64,000 nucleotides of DNA from a virus (Duplodnaviria; Caudoviricetes), in the IMG/VR virus record IMGVR_UViG_3300020576_006344, positions 1-64,000 of that record; one strand, 5' to 3'. Positions 20,044 to 29,110 of this stretch are shown one piece after another (positions within the stretch are counted from its first letter, which is position 1; every line of letters starts with the position of its first letter). The notes beneath the pieces were generated by a model. It saw only the letters and a list, made by a program, of their open reading frames with translations, was not told where the DNA came from and made no database searches. Both the position numbers and the translations under genes were made by a program.

Positions 20044-20328
20044 TCAGATTTGCTTGATGAAGACCGCTGACTTCAGCCACAATTGCTTGTACATGGACAC
20101 GATGGTGTCCCTTATCATCTCCTTCACGTCGTTCTTGTCGGGGAACTTGTCGCCGAGCTTGTCCATGCGGGCATTGAGTTCGTCCGCAACGAGCTTCTTG
20201 ATCTCCGCTTTGGTGAGGTCAGACTCCATGAGCGGTCGCCTGCCTTCTACCCAATGCCCGGCCTTGCATATGTTGCAATCGGGGTCGGTGACCTGATGTA
20301 TCGAGCATATGCTGGCCCACCTCTTCAT
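20044..20328 (-). CDS. Small hypothetical protein with CSIH/CNIC motif
   Basis: ATGA-coupled to the endolysin stop. Confidence 0.55.
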   Translation of the reverse strand: MKRWASICSIHQVTDPDCNICKAGHWVEGRRPLMESDLTKAEIKKLVADELNARMDKLGDKFPDKNDVKEMIRDTIVSMYKQLWLKSAVFIKQI

Positions 20329-21233
20329 GGCTTATGGTATTTGGCCGCTAGGCGGTTGAGCATGTCGATGACCCTCTTGTCGGGGTAGAGGTCGAACTTG
20401 TCCTTGCGCACCGTGGTGTGGCTCCACAGGCCGGGCAGCGTGTTGCGAATGACCGCCTCATTGTAGTCGAACCAAGTGAAGTCGAAGGACTTCTGTATCT
20501 TGATGTTGTACTTCGGGATGAGGAAGTTCAAGAGCACCTCAAGGGCGATGACCTGTTGGTCCGTAAAGGCCTCGTAGTGATGGAATCCACGGAAGTCACG
20601 CTCAAGGTTGCAGATGCGCTCGCTCGGCACCACAACGGAAGAGTAGTCGTTAGGCCATGCGTAGAACTTGCCGTCCTTCTCCTTTAGCGGGCCATAGGCG
20701 CATACTTCCACTCCGATAGAGGCTTTGTCCAAGCGGCCCTTGGTTCCCTTGATACCCAAATGATAGCTCCAGTAGTCCGGGTTGTAGCACTCATAGATTG
20801 ACGCGGAGTTGCCGTCAATGACGAATGGGGTGGCTATCTGTGGCTCATCACCGTTCCAGTAGTCGATGACGTTTTTGGCGCTGGGACCTCCTGCGGTGTA
20901 GTGCAGGATGATCTGGGTCTTCTCGAAGACTTGTTTGATGTACTGGTTGGGGTTAAGCCTGTACTGGGTGTTGACGGGGAAGTCATACCCAGCGGAAGAG
21001 CGTGGCCCTGCGGTCTCCTCAGACTTGCGCGTCTGGGATAGCTTCAGGGCATTGAGCGTGTCATCGTCGACCTCGCCAGTGTTCTCTAGCCCGGCCCTCT
21101 TCTGGAAGGCTGTAACGGACCTTTTTGTGCGCGGTCCGTACTGTCCGTCAATGATCAGATCATAGCCCAACAACGAGAGCAGCTTCTGCACTTCGACCAC
21201 CTCTGGTCCCATATCCCCTAGCTTCAACAACAT
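20325..21233 (-). CDS. Endolysin: PG-binding domain + N-acetylmuramoyl-L-alanine amidase (Amidase_2)
   Basis: LKLGDMGPEVVEVQKLL...IDGQYGPRTKRSVTAFQ (PG_binding_1). IILHYTAG...YHLG...SIGVE...SH...K.D amidase motifs. Confidence 0.9.
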   Translation of the reverse strand: MLLKLGDMGPEVVEVQKLLSLLGYDLIIDGQYGPRTKRSVTAFQKRAGLENTGEVDDDTLNALKLSQTRKSEETAGPRSSAGYDFPVNTQYRLNPNQYIKQVFEKTQIILHYTAGGPSAKNVIDYWNGDEPQIATPFVIDGNSASIYECYNPDYWSYHLGIKGTKGRLDKASIGVEVCAYGPLKEKDGKFYAWPNDYSSVVVPSERICNLERDFRGFHHYEAFTDQQVIALEVLLNFLIPKYNIKIQKSFDFTWFDYNEAVIRNTLPGLWSHTTVRKDKFDLYPDKRVIDMLNRLAAKYHKP

Positions 21234-21248
21234 CACGGCGCTTTCCAA

Positions 21249-21254
21249 TAAATA
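21249..21254 (-). promoter_or_regulatory. TATTTA candidate late promoter
   Basis: 15 nt upstream of the endolysin ATG. Confidence 0.6.
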
Positions 21255-21303
21255 GTAGGGGTAAGGCGTTCTACAAGAGCAAAATGGGTTGTTCCGAAAT
21301 GCT

Positions 21304-21311
21304 TAACTTTG
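21304..21311 (+). promoter_or_regulatory. Bacteroidota-type -7 box TAACTTTG
   Basis: Matches TAnnTTTG, intergenic, upstream of the + strand gene at 21400. Confidence 0.4.
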
Positions 21312-21399
21312 GATACCCGGTAGGGGTCTTTTGGGTGCCGGAAAAGGGTCTTTCGACCTCGGATGAAACATTTTCCATGCGGACTTCGTATAACAGAAT

Positions 21400-21765
21400 A
21401 TGCGGGTAACAACTCCAATCCAAAGGGCCTCCATCGAGTTCGAGGGAGTCCATGACACAGTGGATGAACACATTCGCTGGGTCAGCAAGAACATCAGCAT
21501 GCAACATGATGTTCTAACCGAGCTTTATGCCAAGAGAAAGGACTGCACGATCATCTCCACGTTCTGCGGGGTATCGTTCGCCTTGTTCATGGTGTCGCTC
21601 CCTGCCTCGCCGATCGCCATGTGGTGTCACGCGGCGCTGACCATCGGAAGCGCCATCCACTTGGGACTACTGCATTTGTCCTTCTCCCGAGTGCAAGCCC
21701 TGTGGTCACAGAACATCCACTATCGGGATAACATCCTCGAAGAGGAGCGTTCAGGTCAGGCCTGA
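21400..21765 (+). CDS. Membrane protein (2 TM)
   Basis: Two hydrophobic helices, fills the gap between minus-strand genes. Confidence 0.55.
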   Translation: MRVTTPIQRASIEFEGVHDTVDEHIRWVSKNISMQHDVLTELYAKRKDCTIISTFCGVSFALFMVSLPASPIAMWCHAALTIGSAIHLGLLHLSFSRVQALWSQNIHYRDNILEEERSGQA

Positions 21766-22304
21766 GGCGTATCGACTTCGGTGAAGGCGCTACCGGGGTT
21801 CGCCCCCCTCAACTGTGTGGTGTCAGAATAGGTGTCGGTCGCTGGGTCGAACTTTACGGACTTTGCTCCGTCCATATTGACCTTGATGAAGCTCTCAGCG
21901 CGAGCAGGATTGATGGCCTTCCTGTTTCCGCCTTTGAGGAAGTTATCGATGGCCTGAGTCTTCTGTGGCATGTACTGCTTGAACTGCGCGATCTGTTCGT
22001 CAGACGCATATCTCAATAGTTCGGGGCCCTTGACGGGGTGTGACAGAAGGGCGATGACGGTTTGTCTGCGCTTGTCATCTCCACCACCTCCGAATCCCAG
22101 CTTGGACAGAAGACCTTCTTCCATGTCCATGTCCTCGGACAGGGTCTTCAGTTCAGTCTCAAGGGCTTTCTTGGCCTCCAGCAACTGATTGATGCGGGCC
22201 TTCTTCTTGCTCTCAGAGAGCATTTCTGCGCGCCTTCTGAGCGCTTCTTCCTTGATGATCTGATCAAGCTCCTCTTGGGTGAACTTTGAGAAATCGATAG
22301 GCAT
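21756..22304 (-). CDS. Probable head-internal protein
   Basis: IIKEE, LSES, LLEA, MEEG motifs in an N-terminal coiled coil, TATTTA upstream. Confidence 0.6.
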   Translation of the reverse strand: MPIDFSKFTQEELDQIIKEEALRRRAEMLSESKKKARINQLLEAKKALETELKTLSEDMDMEEGLLSKLGFGGGGDDKRRQTVIALLSHPVKGPELLRYASDEQIAQFKQYMPQKTQAIDNFLKGGNRKAINPARAESFIKVNMDGAKSVKFDPATDTYSDTTQLRGANPGSAFTEVDTPQA

Positions 22305-22322
22305 GGATGGTGAACTTTCACA

Positions 22323-22328
22323 TAAATA
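22323..22328 (-). promoter_or_regulatory. TATTTA candidate late promoter
   Basis: 18 nt upstream of ATG 22304. Confidence 0.6.
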
Positions 22329-22342
22329 GGCGGAAAGACAGC

Positions 22343-25342
22343 TTACGCCTTGAGCTTGTTGTATAGCATGTGCGCGAGACTTCCCTCGTAGGAGGTGATC
22401 TTCTTCTTGCTATCGACGTTGTCCAGCACCTTGGAGACCACTTGGTCTTTCTTGGTGAGGAACTCGTGGATGTCATTGTCCCACGTATCGTTGCACAGAT
22501 AGGTGATGATCTGAACGTTGTCATGAGTGGTACTGGCGCGGTGGATGCGGTCCTCCGCCTGCTCCATATCAGCGGGCGTCCAAGCCTGTCCGATGAAGAT
22601 CAGTTTGTTCGCTGCGGTGAGTGTGATACCGACGCCTGCGGACATGATGGTCCCGCCGAACACGTTAACGCTCTTGTCGTTCTGGAACCTTTTCACCGCG
22701 TCATGTTTGTCGGCGTCTTTCATGCTCCCGGTATGCACCACAGCATTCTTGCCAAAGAGGTCCAGAATGCGCTGCGCCGTGGGCAGGTAGTCGAAGAAGA
22801 TGACCACCTTGTCCTTCGCCGCTATCATGTCCTGTATGAACTCCGAGGCGCGCTCCAGCTTGATGGTCTCCGTGAGCAGTTTGATCTGGTGGACCTTCTC
22901 CATGAAGCCCTTGGGGATCTCTTTCTCGCTGATCACATCCCCCTCCTGTTGCTTCACCTTCTTAGTGGCGGTCTCCAACTTGGTGAACTCCTTGAGTTCG
23001 TCCGGCTCCAACTCCAACCTGATCTGCGTGTAGGTCTTCGGCGGCAGTTCCGGCAGGATGTCCTTTTTCAGGCGCCTGAGGTACAATGGGGCCATTCTGG
23101 TGTATAGCTCCTCGGTGTTGGAGACACCGTCGTAGACCCAGCCGAAATGGTCCTCGAAGGCCGCGCAATAGCGCTTGCCGAACTCATGACGATTGTTCCA
23201 TGTGTTGGGGTCCAAGAAGTTCAATGGAGCGAAAAGCTCTATGGGGCGGCTCTTGATGGCGGTGCCCGACAACAGGAGCTTCTCCGGGATGCTGCTGAAG
23301 GCCCTCTTGATCACCTGCGTCCAATCGGTCTTGGGGTTCTTCATCCGGTGGAACTCATCGATCACGATAAGCTCGTAGTGGTCCGGATCCATTATCTCCT
23401 CCTCTTTCGTCTTGAAGTACTGCACGCCGTGAACGCGCGACTTGAACTTGGTGCCGCCACAGTTGGGGCACTCTTTGCATGACTTGGTGAGCGACAGGAT
23501 CTTTGCGCCGCACTTCCTGAAGGCCTTGGACTTCGCGTCCATCTTGTTTCCCTCGCAGGTATGCTCGTACTCCAAGCGTATGAACGGAGCGATGCCTTCA
23601 TAATTGACCACGTGAAACAGGGATTCCTCCTTGCTGTGGTTGACCTCCTTGGTCCTTTTGCTCGGATAGTAGCGGAAGATATGGGCCTTCTCGGAAGTGA
23701 ATTTTGCGACCTCGTCCTTCCACATGAACTTCAAAGAAGCTGGGCATATCACCAACGTCTTCTTCTTGTGCTTGACAGCGTATGATATGGCGCTGAGGGT
23801 GTTGTGCGTAACGATGTAGTGCTCCGTCAGATATGTGTTATCAGGTGAGTCGACAGAGATGCACTGCTGTTCAGCATCACCCACGTATTCAACGCGCTCG
23901 ATGTATCGTGATAGGTATTGAGCGGATGGATTCCATTGTGCCGCTTTCGACTCCAGCTTGAACGGACACATGGGCGTACGAATGTCAACGCGGTATTCCG
24001 TGGGTTTGTCCTCTTCGCTCCTGTCGTACTCTTTGATGTATGCGATGCCGCCAAGGGATTGGACGAGTTCCACTACATCTTTGGCAAGAGCGTGAGATGT
24101 GGTGTGGTAGTTCACTCGGTTCTTGTCGCAGCTTCCATCGGTGTCCATGAGGCCATGAAGCAGTTCGATGCGTTGCTCAACAGAGCCGTACATGTACTTC
24201 TTGGGAATGAACTTGTCCCCCGATCTGACGTTAAGGCCGATGGAGCGGACCTCAGTTTTGAAAATGTTTTCTTGTGGACCAGTCCTGTTCTGTTTGACAA
24301 TGTTGTATTGTGGACACTGGCCTTCGTGTCTGGTGAGCTTCATGTCAGAAGGAAGAAGCGCCTCTACCTCTTCTTTGATCTGAAGTTGGAAGTCTGGTAT
24401 GGAAATGGCCATATGATTGCTTACCATACAACCATCGCCGATAAGCGCACCCATGATGTATGGAGCGATGACGAGGTCGGCGGTTGGGTATTGGCAAGGC
24501 TCCGTGAGGGGTATTTCCCACTTGTTGATGAGCTTTCTGCCTGTTCCTTCCCTGCTGGCGGACATGGGATATTGGAGCCCGGAATCAAGCAGTTCTTGCA
24601 GAGTCTTGGTCGTCCATCCACGACCTTTCTTTCTACGGTTCATATCACGCACGACCCAGATGTGGTCCATGCTGCAATCCACAGCGTATCCATCAGTGAA
24701 GGTCACGCGGTAGGATGGAATGCTTCCTTGAGGATAGACGCCAGTCACTGTGTGAGCTTTTCCGTCGCTGGCGAACACCTCTTGTCCAACTTGAATGTCA
24801 CCCATTTTTATTGGGCCTGAAGGTGTGTAAATGACTGATTTACAGTCGATTGCCTTGCCTACCCCCGGCTGGTCTCCGAGGATGGATATGCCATTGTTGA
24901 TCTCGAAAAACTTCACGGCCCGCTTCTGATATTCATACGGCGGCATCTTCATGAATGAGTAATCCTCGTCTGTAACGACAAGGGATTCCTCCTTGAGCTT
25001 CAGCGCGCGCTTGATGCGGTCCTGACGTTCATGATATTCCTTCTTGATGTCCTGAAGCTCGGCGTTGGTGACGTTCTCAAGGTTGAACTCGATGCCGTTA
25101 TCGATGAGAAACACGAGCAGATTGCCTATCTGCACGTCGCGCACGATTCGCACCCAGTCCTCCTTGGTGGTGCCATCGGGCAATACGACATTATCAACGC
25201 GCGTCTGTCGGTGTTCGGCCGGAAAGGTCTTGATGAACTCCGTTAGCAGCGCGCTGTAATTATACCTTACCTCATAGTTCGTCTTGAGCTTCTTTAGGCT
25301 CACCTTGAGCGGGCCCTGCTCTTTCTTTGATTTCTTGCTCAC
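22343..25342 (-). CDS. SNF2-family (SMARCAL1/HARP-like) helicase containing an intein
   Basis: Walker A GDQPGVGK|T split by the intein. ICPASL, DEFH, LSGT, RRLKKD, GVGITLT, QAEDRIHR motifs. Confidence 0.92.
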   Translation of the reverse strand: MSKKSKKEQGPLKVSLKKLKTNYEVRYNYSALLTEFIKTFPAEHRQTRVDNVVLPDGTTKEDWVRIVRDVQIGNLLVFLIDNGIEFNLENVTNAELQDIKKEYHERQDRIKRALKLKEESLVVTDEDYSFMKMPPYEYQKRAVKFFEINNGISILGDQPGVGKAIDCKSVIYTPSGPIKMGDIQVGQEVFASDGKAHTVTGVYPQGSIPSYRVTFTDGYAVDCSMDHIWVVRDMNRRKKGRGWTTKTLQELLDSGLQYPMSASREGTGRKLINKWEIPLTEPCQYPTADLVIAPYIMGALIGDGCMVSNHMAISIPDFQLQIKEEVEALLPSDMKLTRHEGQCPQYNIVKQNRTGPQENIFKTEVRSIGLNVRSGDKFIPKKYMYGSVEQRIELLHGLMDTDGSCDKNRVNYHTTSHALAKDVVELVQSLGGIAYIKEYDRSEEDKPTEYRVDIRTPMCPFKLESKAAQWNPSAQYLSRYIERVEYVGDAEQQCISVDSPDNTYLTEHYIVTHNTLSAISYAVKHKKKTLVICPASLKFMWKDEVAKFTSEKAHIFRYYPSKRTKEVNHSKEESLFHVVNYEGIAPFIRLEYEHTCEGNKMDAKSKAFRKCGAKILSLTKSCKECPNCGGTKFKSRVHGVQYFKTKEEEIMDPDHYELIVIDEFHRMKNPKTDWTQVIKRAFSSIPEKLLLSGTAIKSRPIELFAPLNFLDPNTWNNRHEFGKRYCAAFEDHFGWVYDGVSNTEELYTRMAPLYLRRLKKDILPELPPKTYTQIRLELEPDELKEFTKLETATKKVKQQEGDVISEKEIPKGFMEKVHQIKLLTETIKLERASEFIQDMIAAKDKVVIFFDYLPTAQRILDLFGKNAVVHTGSMKDADKHDAVKRFQNDKSVNVFGGTIMSAGVGITLTAANKLIFIGQAWTPADMEQAEDRIHRASTTHDNVQIITYLCNDTWDNDIHEFLTKKDQVVSKVLDNVDSKKKITSYEGSLAHMLYNKLKA
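23801..24853 (-). mobile_element. Class 3 intein with LAGLIDADG endonuclease (351 aa)
   Basis: Begins AIDCKS after Walker A GK and ends IVTHN before Thr. LAGLIDADG blocks MGALIGDG and HGLMDTDG. W/C/T signature present. Confidence 0.88.
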
Positions 25343-25724
25343 GTTGATCCCTCCTTATTTTTTCAGCTATACGTATTTGCTGTATTTTCTCCTCCACTTT
25401 CTCCTGTGACAATCCGTCCGTGCGCTGGTTCTCCGCATCTATTGTGGCCTGTTCACGCTCGATGATCGACAACAGCATCTTGTTCTCGGTGAACTTGCCC
25501 ATACGGACCTTGATCATGTCCCGCATGATGTAGGACAGATTGATCACATCATGCATGAGCTTGCGCACTTCCACGTTGGCGGATTTGGTTCCACGGACCA
25601 CCTTGTCGGCCTGCTTCTCGGCCGCCTGCGCCTGTTCACGTATGAGCTTGGCGAGGTCCAGTTCATTGTAGTCGTGGATCTTGTTGAAATCCTCCAAGCG
25701 TAGTCTGCCCTTTCTGTAGGTCAT
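25272..25724 (-). CDS. Hypothetical coiled-coil protein
   Basis: 150-aa ORF in operon. Confidence 0.6.
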   Translation of the reverse strand: MTYRKGRLRLEDFNKIHDYNELDLAKLIREQAQAAEKQADKVVRGTKSANVEVRKLMHDVINLSYIMRDMIKVRMGKFTENKMLLSIIEREQATIDAENQRTDGLSQEKVEEKIQQIRIAEKIRRDQREQEIKERAGPAQGEPKEAQDEL

Positions 25725-25725
25725 G

Positions 25726-26178
25726 TCAGTCGTTCTTGAGAAATCCTTGTTCCATCAGTAATGCCCTGACGGCCTTCCAATCCACGAAGGCCTTATGCGA
25801 TAGGGACGGGTCCGACTTCAATGGGCAACCCAGCGCCGCATCATCGATGTAAAGGTGCGCGTACGCCTTCGGCGAGGTCGTCCACTTGGTCTGATCAGGG
25901 TCCGATTGCACGCCATAGAGCGGTATGCCTTCCTTCCTGAACCAGTCAAGGGCATCGGACAGATAGTTCTTTGCTGGGGATGGATCAACACCGATCTCCT
26001 TGGCGAACTCATCCCCGATGGAATGCTCATCACTGCGCATGGTGAAAAGGATCAACTGGTGGCCATTGGCCACCAACTCTCGCATCACATGCTCGGCACC
26101 GATGTTCTTGCCCACCAACGGGAATTCGTGCGTGACGCTCGTGCCGTCAAAGTCCACTGCAATCTTCATGCTCTTCAT
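25726..26178 (-). CDS. HAD-superfamily phosphatase (capless)
   Basis: IAVDFDGT, LFTMR, K..AHLYIDD. Confidence 0.85.
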   Translation of the reverse strand: MKSMKIAVDFDGTSVTHEFPLVGKNIGAEHVMRELVANGHQLILFTMRSDEHSIGDEFAKEIGVDPSPAKNYLSDALDWFRKEGIPLYGVQSDPDQTKWTTSPKAYAHLYIDDAALGCPLKSDPSLSHKAFVDWKAVRALLMEQGFLKND

Positions 26179-26779
26179 TGATAGGGTATACTCCCAAGGT
26201 CTTCAATGACTCATACACATCATGGCCGTCGAGCCAATCCTTATGTTCCTTGCGCTTCGGATCATATTTCGCCTTGTCGAGTTGGTCTATCCTTGATTCT
26301 GTGTAATGAGAAGGAACCGGCTTGTTCTTCCAGAACTTCCAGTGGAACCTGTTCTTCTTCATCTTGAGCTTCCGCCAAGTGGTCATCGGTTTTGGAGAGA
26401 ACATGGCCTCCACCATTGTCGGTTCCCAGTTGTACTCCTTGTGGTAACGCTCCTTTCTCTTTTTGTTCTGGTACGCCTCATGCCATCTGATGATGAACAT
26501 CGGCAGCAACGAGCGCAGGAAGGATGTCATGCGGTGATCCACGGTATGGACCACGTCAGCGGTTGTTTTGACGTACGGGTCGGGCGTAACGCCAGCAAGC
26601 AGTTGCATGCGATACTTTGCGAAAGGCGACATGTACAAGTGCCTATCTCGATAAGTGCCCATCAGTGCTGAGCGGGCATCGTTGGACATCAGTGGGCGCA
26701 CAACCCCATTTTTATTGAACATCAGCGACAGTCTCAACCACCAGTAGCGGAAGATGTTGTCGGTCATTTGAGTTACCAT
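26147..26779 (-). CDS. Hypothetical basic protein
   Basis: 210-aa ORF with TATTTA upstream. Confidence 0.6.
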   Translation of the reverse strand: MVTQMTDNIFRYWWLRLSLMFNKNGVVRPLMSNDARSALMGTYRDRHLYMSPFAKYRMQLLAGVTPDPYVKTTADVVHTVDHRMTSFLRSLLPMFIIRWHEAYQNKKRKERYHKEYNWEPTMVEAMFSPKPMTTWRKLKMKKNRFHWKFWKNKPVPSHYTESRIDQLDKAKYDPKRKEHKDWLDGHDVYESLKTLGVYPINEEHEDCSGL

Positions 26780-26795
26780 TGGTCTAGTTTCCAGA

Positions 26796-26801
26796 TAAAT
26801 A
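26796..26801 (-). promoter_or_regulatory. TATTTA candidate late promoter
   Basis: 16 nt upstream of ATG 26779. Confidence 0.55.
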
Positions 26802-26804
26802 CGC

Positions 26805-27794
26805 TCACTTTCCCGTTTTGGGAACAGTCGCGTGCTCCGCGAGCAATGTTTGATCTTGATCTATGCTTGAGTTGCAGAGTGGATGTTTGCCACCCTTCAG
26901 CTTGCAGAACATGCAGGGCTTGTCATCCATGAGCGGCCTGCCGAACTTGTCATTCTGGATGCGTCCGTACTCGTCGAGAACGAACTTGGCCTTCGGGAAT
27001 TTCTTGTCCAGATGGATGGACTTGATGGTCTTCGCCACCAACTCTAGTGCGTCGCGCACTTCGCTCTGTGCGCTGGTCATGGAAACCTCCTGTAGCTCTC
27101 CATACCCCTTTTTTGGGTTCTTTTTGTCCGCCAGTCGGTTCAACACCATGTACTTCACATCGATCTTCGAGAGGTTCACATCATGCTTGCGGGCCCAGAA
27201 GTACTTGTAGAACTTCATCTGCATCAGGAACACCACATCGGCCAGCTTGTACTTCAGTATCCACGCGACCGTGGAGGTCTTCCAATCGAGGATCAGGTAG
27301 CGTCCCGTCGTCTTGTGCTTCAACACAAGGTCAATGAACCCTTTGAAGTAGAAGTTGCCGTAGATGGGTTGGTAAAGCGGTTCCTCCACCGCGATGACCT
27401 CATAGTCCCGCAGCAGGGATTCGAAGTCTATCATGGAGAGAATGTTGCATCCTTGGCCCATGAAGTCATCCATTTCACTATAGGCGGGCTCACCCTTCAT
27501 GGTGTCATCCATGTTCTTCCGGAAACGCTCTCGGAAAAAGTCGATCCTGTTCTGTAGACCCAAAGAATCCTCGATGGTCCGTTCGATGGACGCATGTATG
27601 GCATCACCGAAGGCGAGGTGTATGGAAGGTGGCTCCGTCTCCAAGGCCAAATGCTTGAAAACAAGGTGCTTGTGTCCACATTTGTTGAACAAGTCGAACT
27701 CCGAGAAGGATATGTGTTTCTTCCCGTCTTTCTTGGCCTGTTCCATGATGGCCAGCATTTCCTTCTTACCCGAAACCTTCGCAAGTGATGTCAT
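26805..27794 (-). CDS. PD-(D/E)xK exonuclease (RecB/Cas4-like)
   Basis: ISFSE...C, GDAIH, KGFIDLV, LDWKT, QMKFY, CMFC...C. Start placed at MTSLAK. Confidence 0.85.
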   Translation of the reverse strand: MTSLAKVSGKKEMLAIMEQAKKDGKKHISFSEFDLFNKCGHKHLVFKHLALETEPPSIHLAFGDAIHASIERTIEDSLGLQNRIDFFRERFRKNMDDTMKGEPAYSEMDDFMGQGCNILSMIDFESLLRDYEVIAVEEPLYQPIYGNFYFKGFIDLVLKHKTTGRYLILDWKTSTVAWILKYKLADVVFLMQMKFYKYFWARKHDVNLSKIDVKYMVLNRLADKKNPKKGYGELQEVSMTSAQSEVRDALELVAKTIKSIHLDKKFPKAKFVLDEYGRIQNDKFGRPLMDDKPCMFCKLKGGKHPLCNSSIDQDQTLLAEHATVPKTGK

Positions 27795-27810
27795 GAGTGT
27801 ATCTCTAATA

Positions 27811-27818
27811 CAAAGATA
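27811..27818 (-). promoter_or_regulatory. Bacteroidota-type -7 box TATCTTTG
   Basis: Matches TAnnTTTG, 16 nt upstream of ATG 27794. Confidence 0.5.
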
Positions 27819-27832
27819 GAACATCGGGTTCA

Positions 27833-27838
27833 TATTTA
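27833..27838 (+). promoter_or_regulatory. TATTTA candidate late promoter
   Basis: Abuts the start of the + strand gene at 27838. Confidence 0.55.
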
Positions 27839-28578
27839 TGAGTGTGAACTTGAGCTTGCCCTATAAGGTGCGGTTGATGGAGTTGGCTGGCCTTGACGTG
27901 GCCGACCTGCTCACCGAGAGCGACCCTTACGTTCGGAAGAACGAGCGCATTCCCTTCAGCAAGGAACTGATGCAGCAGGCCATAGAGTACGGATTGGAGG
28001 TCGGCATCCTCTTCCAGAGCAAGAACGAGAAGTACAAGATGCCCATCTCGAAATTCAGGCTCATCATGCCTGTGGCTTTGGGCGTAGACCCAAAGGGCAG
28101 GATGATGTTACGCGGGGTACATATCACGGGACAATCCGAGAAGGTGGCCCTCCAGACGGGTCAACGTAGCGCGGAAGCCAAGAACGTATGGCGCCTGTTC
28201 AACACCGCCAACATCAAGAGCATGTTCTTCACAGGGAAGACTTACACCAAGGTGCCCATTGGCGGCTATAAGCCCAACGACAGCGCGTTCGTCAAGACAT
28301 TGGTCGCGTTCAATGCGGCGACCGCCAAGAAGCGTCAGGATGACTACAACAGGTCACATGCCGACAATACCCCGGATGCTGTCCAACAAAAGAGGCAAGG
28401 AATGATCAAGAGTTTCTTCCGCAACGATGTGCGACAGGCTCCCACTCCCCTAGCGCCATCGAAGCCAGAACCAAAGAAGGCGGCTCCAGTGAAGCCTCAG
28501 AAGCCGGGTGCGGTGGCTCCACAGAAGGATTCGGAAAAGTCTCCTGCTCCGAATCCGATGATCAAAGCTGTGGCATAA
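27838..28578 (+). CDS. Probable virion protein with WYL-like domain and P/K-rich tail
   Basis: RLMELAGL...LTES leader, then RLIMPVALG...LRG...WRLF. Confidence 0.5.
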   Translation: MSVNLSLPYKVRLMELAGLDVADLLTESDPYVRKNERIPFSKELMQQAIEYGLEVGILFQSKNEKYKMPISKFRLIMPVALGVDPKGRMMLRGVHITGQSEKVALQTGQRSAEAKNVWRLFNTANIKSMFFTGKTYTKVPIGGYKPNDSAFVKTLVAFNAATAKKRQDDYNRSHADNTPDAVQQKRQGMIKSFFRNDVRQAPTPLAPSKPEPKKAAPVKPQKPGAVAPQKDSEKSPAPNPMIKAVA

Positions 28579-29110
28579 CACGCCACATGACTTTGAACCA
28601 CCGCAGTAGGCGCGGCAGGAGCCCTTCCTTCGATCGCTTGTTCGCCAATGCTATGGCTGCGTCGATCGTGGATTCCAGCGTGTTGGTTGGCGTGATGTCA
28701 GCGAACTTCTTGCCGATGAAGTCCAAGTATCGGATCTGTAAGGCGTCATCCGGGCGGCCATACACGACCTTGTCGCTCTTGACGTACAAGCCGTATTCGG
28801 CATTGGTGGTGATACCCATCATATCCGGCGCCTTTCGTGGTACCCAGAACATGATGACATCGGCAAGGCCAAGGTGATGGAGTTCCCATTCGATCTGCCC
28901 ATCATAGGTGGTGGAATTTCCGGTGGAAGGTCGCGGAACGAATACGCGCCCTGTGAAGTTCCTATCCTTCAATATGGCGAAGGCCTCGTCGCGCCAATCT
29001 GAAGGGAAGCCATCTCCTCTTCCGCGTGGTGAAGGACCCGCAAGGAATATGGCGGGGTCGCGGTCGATCTTTATGGAGAGACCTTCGTCAGAGTGGACGG
29101 TTCGCAGCAT
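28562..29110 (-). CDS. Nucleoside 2-deoxyribosyltransferase-like protein
   Basis: IFLAGP...DWR...PR...QIEWE...ADVIMFW...TNAEYG. Confidence 0.8.
   Translation of the reverse strand: MLRTVHSDEGLSIKIDRDPAIFLAGPSPRGRGDGFPSDWRDEAFAILKDRNFTGRVFVPRPSTGNSTTYDGQIEWELHHLGLADVIMFWVPRKAPDMMGITTNAEYGLYVKSDKVVYGRPDDALQIRYLDFIGKKFADITPTNTLESTIDAAIALANKRSKEGLLPRLLRWFKVMWRVMPQL

Noticed and set aside
26805-27794. Cas4 as part of a CRISPR system
   Set aside because: Stand-alone PD-(D/E)xK nucleases are common in phages, and no array or other cas genes are seen.
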